NCBI GenBank assembly: GCA_050273025.1
Contig: CP158635.1
Coordinates: 18,042,001-18,106,000 of the forward strand
DNA: 64,000 nt
From: Cenococcum geophilum
Lineage: Eukaryota
Direction of reading: 5' to 3'
Made by a program: the position numbers and the translations under genes. Below the pieces are notes generated by a model. That model worked only from the letters and a program-made list of their open reading frames with translations, was not told the DNA's origin and searched no databases. This document shows, one piece after another, positions 41,588 through 54,996 of the stretch (position 1 is its first letter; the number at the start of each line of letters is the position of its first letter).

Positions 41588-44500
41588 GTTCCAGACGCTA
41601 GCTATATAAGTTAAGTGGAATAATAAGGCACTTATAGCACAGTATAAGTAAGGACTTAAGGCTAAAGTCTAGGACGTAATTATCCTAATAGAAGATGCGG
41701 ACACCCTAAGAGATTTAATAGATTAAGTGATTAAGATTAATAATTAGATCTACTAAAGGGAACAGGCTAAGAGAGGTTAAGATAGAGTTTTATAGTTATA
41801 TAAGGCGTAAAGTACACATTAACTAAAGTTAAGTTAAAAACTATAGTATAGCGCAGAGCTAATAGACCTAAGTAGTACTAAAGAAGCCTATAAGAAATAG
41901 AGTAAGAAACTATAAAAACCTAAAGGTTAAGGATCTAGTAATTATAGGACTAAGGAGTAGAGGCTAAACTAGGGATCTTAGCAGCAGAAGACGTTTAGGC
42001 GGACTCTATAGTAAAGTTAATAGTTTAAAGACAGAGCTTATATAAATTGCGGAAAATAGGGTTATTTCGCGAGGGATTATAAAGATAGTTAGCAGCACTA
42101 TGCAATAAAGGGAACCCGACTAGTAGAAGACACATATATATAGAGGGATAATAGTATATTACAAGGAACAAAGGAGTGTTTAATTAGAAGTTTTGCATTT
42201 TGTTATAATAACGCATGCCAAATTTATAAAGACGCTAAGTACAGCGTAAGCTATTAGCTATAGGAACTATACCTAGTAGAGTATAAGGGAACCAATAAAC
42301 CAGTTCGTAGATCGGATATTAAAGATAATAAATTCGACGAAGGCGAAATATTTTATAATAATAAGGCAACGGAAGTAGCTTACTAGGAGTATACGAACCT
42401 CAAAAATATTATAATAGAGGTAGAGGATAATTCTACTACAGAATAGGGAACATTAGTAGGGATTAAGACCCTACTAAATACAATGTCTATTACTTTGCAA
42501 GACGCAAGAAAAGTAGAATAGCGAATTACTTCGGCACTTAATAAAGGCAAGAAGCTAAAGGCTTAAGATTTTTAAAATAAGATAAGAGACAACTAAGATT
42601 CTTAAGAAGAGATAGGGTAAACCTAAGGACCTACAATAAATAGCAATCGATAGAGCAGGGCAGCAGCTTAGTTTAAAGATATATAAATAAGCTCGGGATA
42701 GAGTTTCCTATAGGTATAAGATTCTTAAGATAAGATAAGTGAGATTTAAGACTTTTAGGATAAGATAAGAATACTAAGTAAGCCTAGTTGGACTAAGGCT
42801 AGAGTAAAGCTTAAGTTAGAAGCAAGTTTAGGATTAAGAATTCTATAGAACCAAGATTTTGAGACACAAATAAGGACTATTAACAAGATTAGAGAATATG
42901 CGGCATAAATAGCAACTAGACTAGGAGATAGGTATATAGACCTAAAAGACTTACCAGGGGAACACAGCGTTTAGCCTAAAGATTAAAAAATTAATACTAA
43001 GACTAAAAAGCAAGAAGACTTTAAGGATCCACTCGTAAGGCGCGAAAAGAAAGAAACTATAGAGAAATTTAGAGCAAGAATTACCTTATAGTAAGAACAG
43101 AAACTAGATAGGAGATCTAGTATATTAGGACGTATAAGGGATAGAGCACCTATATAAAGAATTACTAATAGGCCTAGGGTAGGTATACTAAGAGCTAAGT
43201 AGCTTACTAAACTGGAAAATAAAGAGAATCTAAGAATTCTAACTAGGTTTAAGGAATAATACATAAAGGGCTGTTATAACGCAGTAATAAGAAGATACTT
43301 CCTTATAAACGAACCGTATACACTCTAGCAACTATACTAAAAGTGGTATAGGCAAAGGCACAATAATAAGTGGGAAGATTTCTATATATAGTTAGATGAG
43401 AAAGTTATCTAAAACCACCTAATTATAGAAAAAGCAATGAGTTATATTAAGGGAGCCTTAATTATAACATTAAAAGATCTAGAGGAGCGTTTAGAGGACT
43501 AGAGAAGTAAGAGACGTATCTTAGTACCTGAAAATAAAGTTATAACGTTTAAATTAACACGATAGAGGTTTAAACTTAAGGATAAAGACGAGCTAAGAGT
43601 TAACCTAAAGCACTAAGCACATTATACGTTAGCATAGATTATGTATATAGACGATACGTGTAATATATACAAAGCACTAAAGGATAAGTATTAGAAATAC
43701 CCTATAAGAATATATTAGTTAGTAGAGGAACAGAGATATTGAAATGCTAAGTATATACATAGCTGGCATCTAGTAGAAGTTTAGGAGTTAGGAGACTTAA
43801 TACTTTAGCTAGGAAAATTCCTTACGGAAGAATGCCTAGACGGATAATAGTGGTAGAAATGCCTAAAGAATATATATCTATAGTATATTAAAGATAAAAA
43901 GCGAACTAAGTATAAATAGGATTAAGTAGCTAATAGTTAGGAAAAGTAGAGGCCTATAGGACTAGAGGGAACTAGTAGTAGAGCCTTAGACCCTTAAAGG
44001 AATTTAAGGACAATACCTAAATTTATAAGTTAAATAGTAAGATTAACAGTTTAAAGTATTAATAGATAGTAGAGCAATAAGGAACTATATCTTACTAGCA
44101 ACAGTTAAAAGAATAGGATTACTATACAGGAAAAAGGAGTATCTTTACCTATTAGTAACAATTTTAGGAGATCCGATAGCCTATAGAGGAGGCATTATTA
44201 ACCTTAAAATAGGACCTATTTAGTTAACTATTAAAGGGAGATAAATTAAGATATCTTTTAATATATTACCATTAGGAAAGAATAAGGCAGTACTAGGAAT
44301 GCCTTAGTTATAGGAATACAATTTAAAGATTAATTAGGTTATAGGTTAAGTCAATATTAGGGATACTTAATAGCGCAAGATATAATAATAAGCCAAGTTA
44401 GTATAGTACTAAGTAGGGGCAACCTATAAAGAAATAGAGAAAGGCTTAAGTTATATACTAAAGAGATACCACAAATATGGTAAGAAACTATGGTTACTAA

Positions 44501-47500
44501 AAAGCGAAAAGCTAGTAAAATATACGGCATAGGACTATAAAATAGAATTAGAACTAGGAATAAGTCTAAAGTTCTTTCTAATCTATAAGCTTACTAAAAA
44601 AGAGGGTAGAGTATTAAAAGAGTTTATCTAGGAAAACTTATAAAAGGGATATATTAGACCATTACAGTCATTAGCAAGTTATCCAGTACTATTTATACTA
44701 AAGAAGAATAGCAAACTAAGGCTATATATTAACTACAGATAGCTAAACAGCATTACTAGAAAGAATAGGTATCCTTTACCCTTAATTAGTAAAATTTAAG
44801 ATAGGATAGGTAATGCGCAAATCTTTATAAAGATAGATCTAAGGTAGGCGTACCATTAGATTAGAATTAAGGAAAGCGATAAATAGAAGGCAGCCTTTAG
44901 GTTAAAGGAAGGACTATATAAACCATTAGTTATACAATTTAGGCTTATAAACGTACTAGTAACGTTTTAGAAGCGTATTAATAATATATTAGGAGAATAC
45001 TTAGATAAATTTATTATGGTATACCTTAATAATATTATTATCTACTTAACGACTAAGGAAGAATACGGGGAATACGTTAAATGGGTCTTAAAGAGACTAT
45101 AAGAAGAGTAGATGCTAGTAGTAATTAAGAAATACAAATTCTTTACTAAGAAGACCAATTTCGTTAGATTTATTATTAAATTAGGCCAACTTAGTATAGA
45201 TCTAAAGAAGATTAAGGCTATAGTAAATTAGTAAGAACTAGAGAACGTTATATAGTTAAGATTATTTTTAGGGTTTTGCAATTACTATAGAAGGTTTATA
45301 GCGCAATAGTTAAAGGATATTAAACTATTTATATAGCTAATAAAAAAAAAGAATTATAGGCGTGGGGAGCGGAATAGCGAGAATTATTTAAAAAGGTTAA
45401 AGAGTTGTTTACCTAGGAGCTAGTTCTTAAGATCTATTAACTAGAACTAAAGACGGTTATAGAGATAAATATATTAGACTATATACTAGGGGTATACTTT
45501 ATATAAAGGTATTAAGATAAATAGTACTTAGTGGCATATTATAGTTAAAAGATAATACTACTAGAGTTAAACTATAACATTTATAATAAGGAGTTATTAG
45601 GTATAGTTATAGTACTAAAAAAATAAAGAGTATTTTTATAAGGTATAGAGAAACTATTTATAGTTAAAACGGATTATAAAAACCTAATAGGATTCCTAAT
45701 AATAAAGGAACTTAACTAAAGATAGGTTAGATGGGTAGAGATGCTTACAGAATACCATTTTAAGATTTAGTATACTAAGGGCACAGATAATATATAAGCA
45801 GACGCTCTAAGTTAAAAAGCTGAACTATAAAATAATAAGAAGCTATTAGGGGCTTTACTATAAAAGGATATAGACGGATTAATTAGGTATAATTATCCTA
45901 AAATTATAGCAACTTAAGAAGATAATAAACTAGAAAGAATCTATAAGATACTAGAAAGCTTTTAGGAATAAAAAATTCTAAAAGTATAGCTAGAAGATTT
46001 ATAAACGGATATATACGAGAATTAAGAAGCTAGGTATATCCTAAAGAGTATAGTAGAGTATTTCGTAGAAGATTTCTATAAGGAAATAACTTAGGGATAT
46101 AATAGAGCTATAAGCTTAGTGTTAAGACTCTAAGAAGAGTATATTATTAATAGAATCTGGGGACTAGCGCGAAAAGTTATAAAAGAATATCTAGATTGCT
46201 AAAGGAATAAACTAATAAGGTATAAGCTATATAGAGGGCTATAACCTATTAAAATACTAGAGAGACTATAGGAGGTTATATTATAGGACTTTATTATTAA
46301 GTTACTAAAGTTAAGAGACCCTATTACTGGATAAGATTATAATGTAATTTTAGTAATAGTAGACAAGCTTATAAAGTGGGGATACTTTATAGCATATATA
46401 GAAGAAATATTAGTAGAAGATATTGCTAGAATCTACGTTAAAGAAGTGTTTGTAAGATATAGAGTACTAAGTAAGATTATATTAGACAGAGATCTAAGAT
46501 TTATAGCAGTATTTTAGGAGGTATTCTTAGCGGAATAAGGAGTTAGAGCAGTAACTTTTACCGTATATTATCTACAGATAGACGGTTAAATAGAAAGATT
46601 AAATTAGACACTAGAATAGTATCTAAAATACTATATTAATTACGCATAGAACAATTAGGTATTGTTATTATTAGTTATATAATTTATATATAATATAACA
46701 CCATAAGAAGAAATAGGCATATTACTATTTAAGGCAAATTACGGATATAAGCTAAGAACATTATTATTACTATAATAGGTAAAGAAAGCAAGTAGCATAG
46801 CTAAAAAAAGAATAAAGATATTACTAAATCTTTATATAGACCTTATAGAATCAGCAAAGAAAGTATAAAAGAGAATAAAAAAGTACTATAATGCTAAGAG
46901 ATCTAGGGGACTAGATTTTAAAAAGGGAGATAAAGTATAGCTACTACACAAAAATTTTAAAAGTTAATAACTAAGTAAGAAGTTAAACTACGTTAGACTA
47001 GGACCTTTTAAAATTATATAAAGGATTTCACCGATTACGTTTAAGTTAGACCTATTAGCTAAAATAAAAATCTACCCTATATAGTATATGATAATACTAG
47101 AACTAGCATACGGAAATATTAAGCCACTAATCTATAAAGCAGATATATATAGAGGATAGGAAGAAGATAAATAGTAAGTTTTAAAGATTATTAGCTATAA
47201 GGACATTAACGATAAAATATAGTATAAAGTAAAGTGGATAGGCTATACTAAGACTACCTAGGAACTACTAGAGAATTTAAAAAATGCTATAGGAAAGGTA
47301 TAGGAGTATTAGAAGAGATTAGGTTAGGTAGTATTAATAAAGAAGGATCGCTAAAGAATAAGTTACCTAAGGGGGACCTAAGAAGAGTAGTTGCTAAACT
47401 ACTTAGATCTATTTCCTTCTTAGCTAGAAGAAAGTCTATTTTCTTATTACTAAGTTCCTATAAACCCTATTTTATAAGCTTCTACTCTTTAAAACGCACC

Positions 47501-47693
47501 TTTTTATAACCCTTTTTAAGACGGATTAACTAAGCGGACGCCGCTAGATAAGACTTAAGGGCCTATTACTAAGTATTAGTAGCCTTCCGTTTAGCGTCCT
47601 AGGAACAGCGCAATTCCGCTAAAGTAATAGACAGTTTATTATTTAGCCGCGTAACAGCAGATTAAATATAAGATTTTAAGATAAATTGGTTAG

Positions 47694-47917
47694 TGTCTAT
47701 ATAAGTAGAGGTTGTAAATTGTATTACGCGCAGAGCGTATGCGGCAGGGGTCGCATGGCGTAGCGTAGGTCACCTAACTACCTACGGCCCGATAGATAGC
47801 CCGACCTTTACTACCCCTTTCTTTCTCTTTTAGTAGATGACGAAAAAAGAACACAAATGAATTAAGAACCAGTTACCTTATATTGCAATTGCAGTACCCC
47901 CTTAGGTGATACCGATA
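47694..47917. mobile_element. 224-bp solo LTR
   Basis: tgtc...gata termini, TSD gttag (47689-93, 47918-22). Absent at the homologous site in A0 and A1. Confidence 0.8.
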
Positions 47918-47936
47918 GTTAGGGAACTAGATAACT

Positions 47937-50418
47937 TTTTTTTTTTTTTTTTTTTATATCCGTTATATTATACTACGTATAATACTGCGCATGCAGCCTC
48001 TAGGCTATAGCGCTATAGTTCTATATATATAAATCCTTTTTAGGCAACTTAATATATACTAGTAGCTATGTCCTAGTAGTTTATAAATCCCTAAGCTAGG
48101 GATTTATAGCTTCCTAGTAAGATACTAGGTTGCTAATAACTATTAGGTAGTAAGAAAACGATAGGAAAATAGAAGAAAAAATTAGAATAAAATTATAAAT
48201 AATCCTAATGCCTGTCCCTGTCCTTTTTATAGTTTATTTCTGTCTTTTTACTTTCTATGGTCTATCTACTAGGACTTTAGTAGGAGTTGCCTCCTTCTAG
48301 AGATCCTTTTGCTCTTAGCCACTTCCCAGTAGCTATTTTTGTCCTACTTAAGAATAGAAAAAGCGCCCTTCTTCCTTTCTTTGTACAAAAAAGCTTCTCT
48401 AAGGAGAGAGAAGAGCCTATTTGTCTTTGCATTTCCTTTCTATCTTCCTAATGTAGTCTGCATTCTAGTAAGAGGTGCGTAGGGGTTTGTACCGTGGTAT
48501 AGTCCTTAAAGCATCTACCTTCTTTATCCTTCCCTATTGTTTTAGAGAAGGATTTAAAGAAGCCTTTTCCTAGTTTTAGTTGAAAGAAAGCTGATTATAG
48601 CTTTTTAGGATATTTATCCTTAGTGGCTTTAAAAAAGAAAGGGTAGTTTCCTTTATAGATTCTAGTATAGTGTTTTCCTTTACTTTTGTTCTGTTGCCAA
48701 TTGTTTTTCCACTGTTCTAGTATCTTTTCTCTTGCTTATTTCCCTAGGTGGGCTAGGGAAGAATAAGAAGATTGTATTTTTCTTCTAGAGAGGCCCTTTT
48801 TAGCTAGTTTATCTGCTATTTTATTTTTGTAAATTTCTAGGTGGCTAGGGACCTAATGGAAGTTAATAGAGATATTCCTGCTAGCTAGATAGGAACAGCT
48901 TTGCGTAATTTTAAAGACTAGTTCTTGCCCTCCTGTAAGAGAATTAAGCTGTAATCTCTTAATAGCCGCTTGGCTATCTATAAAGATATAAACCTGTTTC
49001 TCTTTTAGTCTTTATTGTTTTAGGTGTTCTAGGGCCCTATAGACTGCATAAAGCTCTATATCTATAATTTCCATATAGGGCCCTAGATTCCAGTTTGTTG
49101 CATATTTAATCCTATTTCTCTCTCCTATTTTGCATACGGCTGCTATATTTGATTTATTGTCTTTAGAGCTATCTGTATAGTATATATCTACTAGGTCCCA
49201 CTTTAGGGATTCTTGTAGATTTTCTACTAGTCTTAGATGTTCTTATGCAGCTTCTTCTTTACTACCCTTAGAGATAGAAAAGAAAGCGGGAATAGGAGGA
49301 GACTACGGTTTTTGCCAGTCTAGAGAGACTCTCTCTATATTCCAATTTTGGATTAGCTTCTAAACTCTAGTGGTTAGAGATAGTAGCTGTGTTTTTGGCT
49401 GTAAGAGGTACTTTATAGTAGAGTTTTTAGGGCTAGAATTAGAGCTAGAACTAGCTGCTAGTTCGTCCCTATCTTTATTAACCTCTTCTATATAGGCCTT
49501 TTTAATTGCGTAATTTTCCTTAAATTTTAGGATTCTTAATGCGTAGTTATTGTAAAGCTTTTTAAATCTAATTCTAGGGGGAGGAGTAGAAGCTTTAATC
49601 TCTATAGCTTGGCTTGGAGATCCTCTAAACGCTCCTAGAACTAGTTTTAGGGCCTTATTTTGTAGAGATTGGTACCTAGCTAGTAGGTAGTCTCTAGATT
49701 TGCTTTTCCACCAGCATTGTACTCCGTAGTCTGCTATAGTAGTAACGTAGGCTATATAAAGCTGTCGAAGGGCTTATAGGGATAGACCTCTTTATATATT
49801 GCCTAGTCTTCTAATTAAATAAAAGGCTGCTTTTGCTTTAGAGATTTTTATTTCCACATATTATTTAAAAGTAAGCTTAGAGTCTAGGAATACTCCTAAC
49901 CACCTAACTAGGGGTTTAGGGGATATTTCTACGTCTCCTAGCTTTAGCCCTTCCTCTATAGTAGTACGCTTATTATGGAAGTGTATAAGCTCTGTTTTGC
50001 CAATATTAAAGCTAATAGCAGCTTCCTTAGCTTTAGACATTAGCTCTCGCGCAATCCTCTCTAGCTTTTTGCAGTTAGATTTAGTAGAGTTTAATATAAC
50101 CGTAATTGCAAAATCGTCCATATAGCTGAGGGAGTAGGCTCCTTCTGTCTCTAGCCTACAGATATTGCGTAGATATAGTAGAAATAAGATAGGGGATATA
50201 GGCGATCCCTGTGGTATCCCTGTTTCTAGTTCTACTTTTTCTTGTATTTGCCCGTTAAAGGAGAGCTGTATCTTTCTATTACTTAGGAAAGTAGCCACCC
50301 ATTGTATAAACGCTATAGGTAGTCCTAGTTCCTTACAGATAGATAGAAGCTGGTTTTTAGAGACATGGTCAAAAGCCCCCTTTACGTCTAGGAATAACGT
50401 AGTAGCTATCCTTTGTCT
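47937..50418 (-). mobile_element. 5'-truncated LINE (Tad1-like) with RT and RNase H, poly(A) tail
   Basis: Poly-T at 47936-47955 and a 12-bp TSD aactagaYaact (47925-36, 50419-30). ORF 49861-50298 carries GIPQGSPISPILF and YMDD, and there is an RNase H YYTD(G)SK motif at ~49160-49185. Confidence 0.93.
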
Positions 50419-53400
50419 AACTAGACAACTATTAAGAGTAATAGGTCGCGTATATTTAGTATTAGAGATAAAGCGAACGTTATAAGATAAATAAATATTC
50501 GCTTTAGTGCACTCTAAGCAAGAGGATGGTTATCGCGAAAATGGGTTTACTAACGTAATATAAACTAACCCCTTTTTTACACAGCAAGAATATGGAGACG
50601 GCATAATCTTACTAAGAGATAGTATCGCAGCAATAGTACGGCTATGACGAGCAGTTAAGGAAGAAGAAATTGCTTTAGGTATAATAAGCAATAATATTAA
50701 CCAAATTAATTAGACGGATATTACACCTCTAGTAAACAACTTAGAGATATTAAGAATCTTTAAGGATAAAGATAAAGAGGAGGGAGATGGTGTTATGGAC
50801 GCTTTAAGTATAATGTTATAGCTAGTTAGAGAAGAATTAAAAGAAGCTAGTTAGTTAATTTAGGTATAGTCTAGAATAGAGCCGGTAGAACTATGTAATA
50901 AGGAATAGTAATTAAGGTTATATAATATAATCTATAGGATCTATAGGATCTATATAATCCGCGATAGAGTAGATAGAGTATATATATATTATATACTAGG
51001 AGGATTTTATAGGAGTACGGTTGCGTATTTAAAGGACCACAATCCCTACCTAGATAGTTCCTTCCTTATAATAATTCTCGGAATATAATTAGAGTTAATC
51101 TATTAGGCAACCACTCCACCAGTTATTATTACATTATTAACTTTAACTTGCTTTACCTATACACCTAGCCTATTAACGAGCCCACCGTAGTACCTACTAT
51201 AAGGTTCCGTTATAACGAACTGTATACACTCTAGTAGCTATACTAAAAGTGGTATAGGTAAAGGCATAATAATAAATAAGAAGATTTCTATATATAGTTA
51301 GACGAGAAAGTTATCTAAGACTACCTAATTATAGAGAAGGCTATAAGTTATATTAAAAGAGCCTTAATTATAACGTTAAAAGATCTAGAGGAGTAATTAG
51401 AGGACTAAAGAAGCGAGAGGTAAATTATAGTACCTATAAACGAAGTTATAACGCTTAGATTAATACGAGAAAGGTTTAAACTTAAGGATAAAGATAAGCT
51501 AAGAGTTAATCTAAGACACTAAGCATATTATATATTGGCATGGATTACGTATATAGATAATGTATATAATATATATAGAGTACTAAAAGATAAGAACCAG
51601 AAGTACCTAGTAAGGATATACTAGTTATTAGATAAGGCGAAATATTAAAATACTAGGTATATATATAGTTAGCACCTAGTAAAAATATAAGCCTAAGGGG
51701 ACTTAACGCTTTAACTAGGAAGATTCCTTACGGAAGAATGCCTAGATAAATAATAGTGGTGGGAATACCTAGAGAATATATATCTATAGTATATTAAAGA
51801 TAAAAAGCGAACTAAGTATTAGCTAAAAATAGACTAAGTATAAATAGGATTAAGTAGCTAATAGTTAGGAAAAGTAGAGGCCTACGGGACTAGAGGGAAC
51901 TAGTGGTAAAGCCTTAAACCCGTAAAGGAATTTAAGGGTAATACCTAAATCTATAAATTAAGTAGTAAGATTAATAGTTTAAAGTATTAATAGATAGTAA
52001 AGTAATAAGGAACTATATCTTATTAGCAGCAGTTAGAAGAATAGGGTTACTATATAGGAAAAAGGAGCACCCTTACCTATTAGTGATAATTTTAGGAGAT
52101 CCGATAGCCTATAGAGGAGGCATTATTAATCTTAAAACAGGACCTATTTAATTAACTATTAAAGGGAGATAGATTAAGATGTCTTTTAATATATTACTAT
52201 TAGGGAATAATAAGGCAGTACTAGGAATACTTTAGTTATAGAAATATAATCTAAAGATTAATTAGATTACAGGTTAGGTTAATATTAGAGATACTTAACG
52301 CCGTAAGATATAATAATAGACTAAGTTAGTATAGTACTAAGTTAGAGTAATATATAAAGAGACTAAGTAAGGCTTAAGTTATATACTAAAGAGATACCAT
52401 AAGTATAGTAAGAAACTATAGTTACTAGAAAGCAAGAAGCTGTTAAAATATATAGTATAGGACTATAAAATAGAATTAGAACTAGGAATAAGTCTATGGT
52501 TTTTTCTAATCTATAAGCTTACTAAAGAAGAAGGAAGAGCATTAAAAGAGTTTTCCAGGAAAACTTATAAAAGGGATATATTAAACTATCGCAGTTATTA
52601 GCGGGTTATCTAGTACTATTCGTACTAAAGAAAAATAGCAAACTAAGGCTATATATTAACTATAGGTAGCTAAATAGTATTACTAGAAAGGATAGGTATC
52701 CTTTACCCTTAATTAGCGAAATCTAAGATAGGATAGGCAATGTATAAATCTTTATAAAGATAGATCTAAAATAGGCATACTATTAGATCCGGATTAAGGA
52801 AGGCAATAAATAAAAGGCAGCCTTTAGGTTAAAGAAAGGACTATATAAACCATTAGGTATATAATTCGGGCTTATAAACGCACTAGTAACATTCTAAAAG
52901 CGTATTAATAATATATTAGGAGAATACTTGGATAAATTTATTATAGTATATCTCGATAATATTATTATCTACTTAATAACTAAGGAAGAATATGGAGAAT
53001 ACGTTAAATAGGTCTTAAAGAGACTATAGGAAAAATAGATGCTAGTAGTAATTAAGAAATATAAGTTCTTTACTAAGAAGACCAATTTTATTAGATTTAT
53101 TATTAAACTAGGCTAACTTAGCATAGATCTAAAGAAGATTAAGGCTATAGTAAATTAGTAAGAACTAGAGAATATTACGCAGTTAAGATCGTTCCTAGGG
53201 TTTTGCAATTACTATAAAAGGTTTATAGCGCAATAGTTAAAGGACATTAAATTATTTACGCGATTAATAAAGAAAGAAGAACTATAGGTATAGGGAGAGG
53301 AATAGTAGAAATTATTTAAAGAAATTAAAAGGTTATTTACCTAAGAGCTAGTTTTTAAGATCTATTAACTAGGACTAGAGACGGTTATAGAGACGGATGT

Positions 53401-54660
53401 ATTAGATTTTGCACTAGGGGTATACTTTATATAGAAATATTAAGATAGATGGCACCTAGTAGCATACTATAGTTGGAAGATAATACTACTAGAATTAAAC
53501 TATAATATCTATAATAAGGAGTTATTAGGTATAATTACAGCACTAAAGAAATAAAGAGCATTCTTATAAGGTATAAAAGAACTATTTATAATTAAGATGG
53601 ATTATAAAAACCTAATAGGATTCCTAATAATAAAGGAACTTAACTAAAGATAGGTTAGATGGGTAGAGATGCTTATAGAATACTATTTTAAGATTTAGTA
53701 TACTAAGGGTACGGATAATATATAAGTAGATGCTCTAAGTTAGAAAGCTAAATTATAAAACAATAAGAAGCTATTAGGGGCTTTACTACAAAAAGACATA
53801 GATGGATTAATTAGGTATAATTATCTAAAAATTATAGTAACTTAAGAGGATAACAAACTAGGAAGAGTCTATAAGATACTAAAGAGCTTTTAGGTATAAA
53901 GAATTCTAAAAGCATAGCTAAAAGATTTATAGATAGATATATACGAAAACTAAGAAGTAAAGTATATCCTAAGAAGTATAGTAGAGCACTTTATAGAAGA
54001 TTTCTATAAGGGAATAACTTAAGGATATAATAAAGCTATAGGCTTAGTATTAAGACTTTAGGAGGAGTATATTATTAACAGAATCTAGGGCTTAGCGTAA
54101 AAAGTTATAAAAGAATATCTAGATTATTAAAGAAATTAATTAATAAGGTATAAGCCATATAGAGGGCTATAACCTATTAAAATACTAAAAAGACTATAGA
54201 AGGTTATATTGTAGAACTTTATTATTAAGTTACTAAAGTTAAGAGATCCTATTACCAGATAAGATTATAACGCAATCTTAGTAATAATAGATAAGCTTAT
54301 AAAGTAGGGATACTTTATAGTATATATAGAAGAAATCTTAGCGGAAAATACTGCTAAAATTTATATTAAAGAAGTGTTTATAAGATATGGAGTATTAAGT
54401 AAAATTATATTAGATAGGGATTTAAGATTTATAGCAGTATTCTAGGAGGTATTCTTAGTGGAATAAAGAGTTAGAGCAGCAACTTCTACCGTATATTATC
54501 CGCAGATAGACGGTTAAATAGAAAGACTAAATTAGACACTAGAATAGTATCTAAGGCATTATATTAATTACGCGTAGAATAATTAGGTATCGCTATTACT
54601 AGTTATATAGTTTATATATAATGCAACACCTTAAAAAGAAATAGGCATATTACTATTTAA

Positions 54661-54996
54661 GTAATAAATAGTTTATTATCTAGCTATATAGCAGTAGATT
54701 AAATATAAAACCCTAAAATAAATTAATTAAGGAACTAGACAACTATTAAGAGTAATAGGTTATATATATTTAGTATTAGAGATAAAGCAAACGTTACAGA
54801 ATAAATAAATATTTGCTTTAGTATACTCTAAATAAAAGGACAGTTATTGCGAAGATAGGTTTACTAATATAATATAAACCAGCCCCTCTTTTAAACAGCG
54901 AGAATACGGAGATAGTATAATCTTACTAAAAAATAATATTATAGTAATAATACGGACACAATAAGCAGTTAAAAAAGAGGAAATTGCTTTAGGTAT
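54661..54996 (-). pseudogene. Antisense Zn2Cys6-like ORF of A1 (exon 1 54768-54996, intron 54713-54767, exon 2 truncated by deletion)
   Basis: Same 229-nt exon and 55-nt intron with an intact TAG acceptor. TGT is retained at Cys2 and Cys6. Confidence 0.7.

Larger units (their letters stand above)
47287..50682 (-). pseudogene. Antisense Zn2Cys6-like ORF of A2; exon 1 50454-50682, exon 2 ~47287-47675; intron expanded by a LINE and a solo LTR
   Basis: Exon 1 reads (M)PKAISSS...IMPSPYSCCVKKGLVY...PSSCLECTKANIYLSYNVR with TGT/TGC retained at Cys2, Cys4 and Cys5. A CTAAC branch motif is present. Confidence 0.7.
33668..51214 (+). mobile_element. Gypsy family-A copy A2 (complete, ~7.9 kb after removing nested inserts)
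   Basis: 424-bp LTRs at 33668-34091 and 50791-51214, TSD acgaa (33663-67, 51215-19), PPT aaagaggagggagatgg. gag ATG at 34137, then PR, RT, RH, IN and chromodomain to ~47354. Confidence 0.93.

Noticed and set aside
9169..43264. Short ORF-track calls in the AT-rich island (9169, 13086, 23760, 27399, 31685, 33337, 40658, 42983)
   Set aside because: These are chance open stretches or fragments within RIP-degenerate TE sequence. The similar Leu/Ile/Ser-rich ORFs at 23760, 33337 and 42983 are the antisense shadow of the same K/E-rich gag region in three copies.
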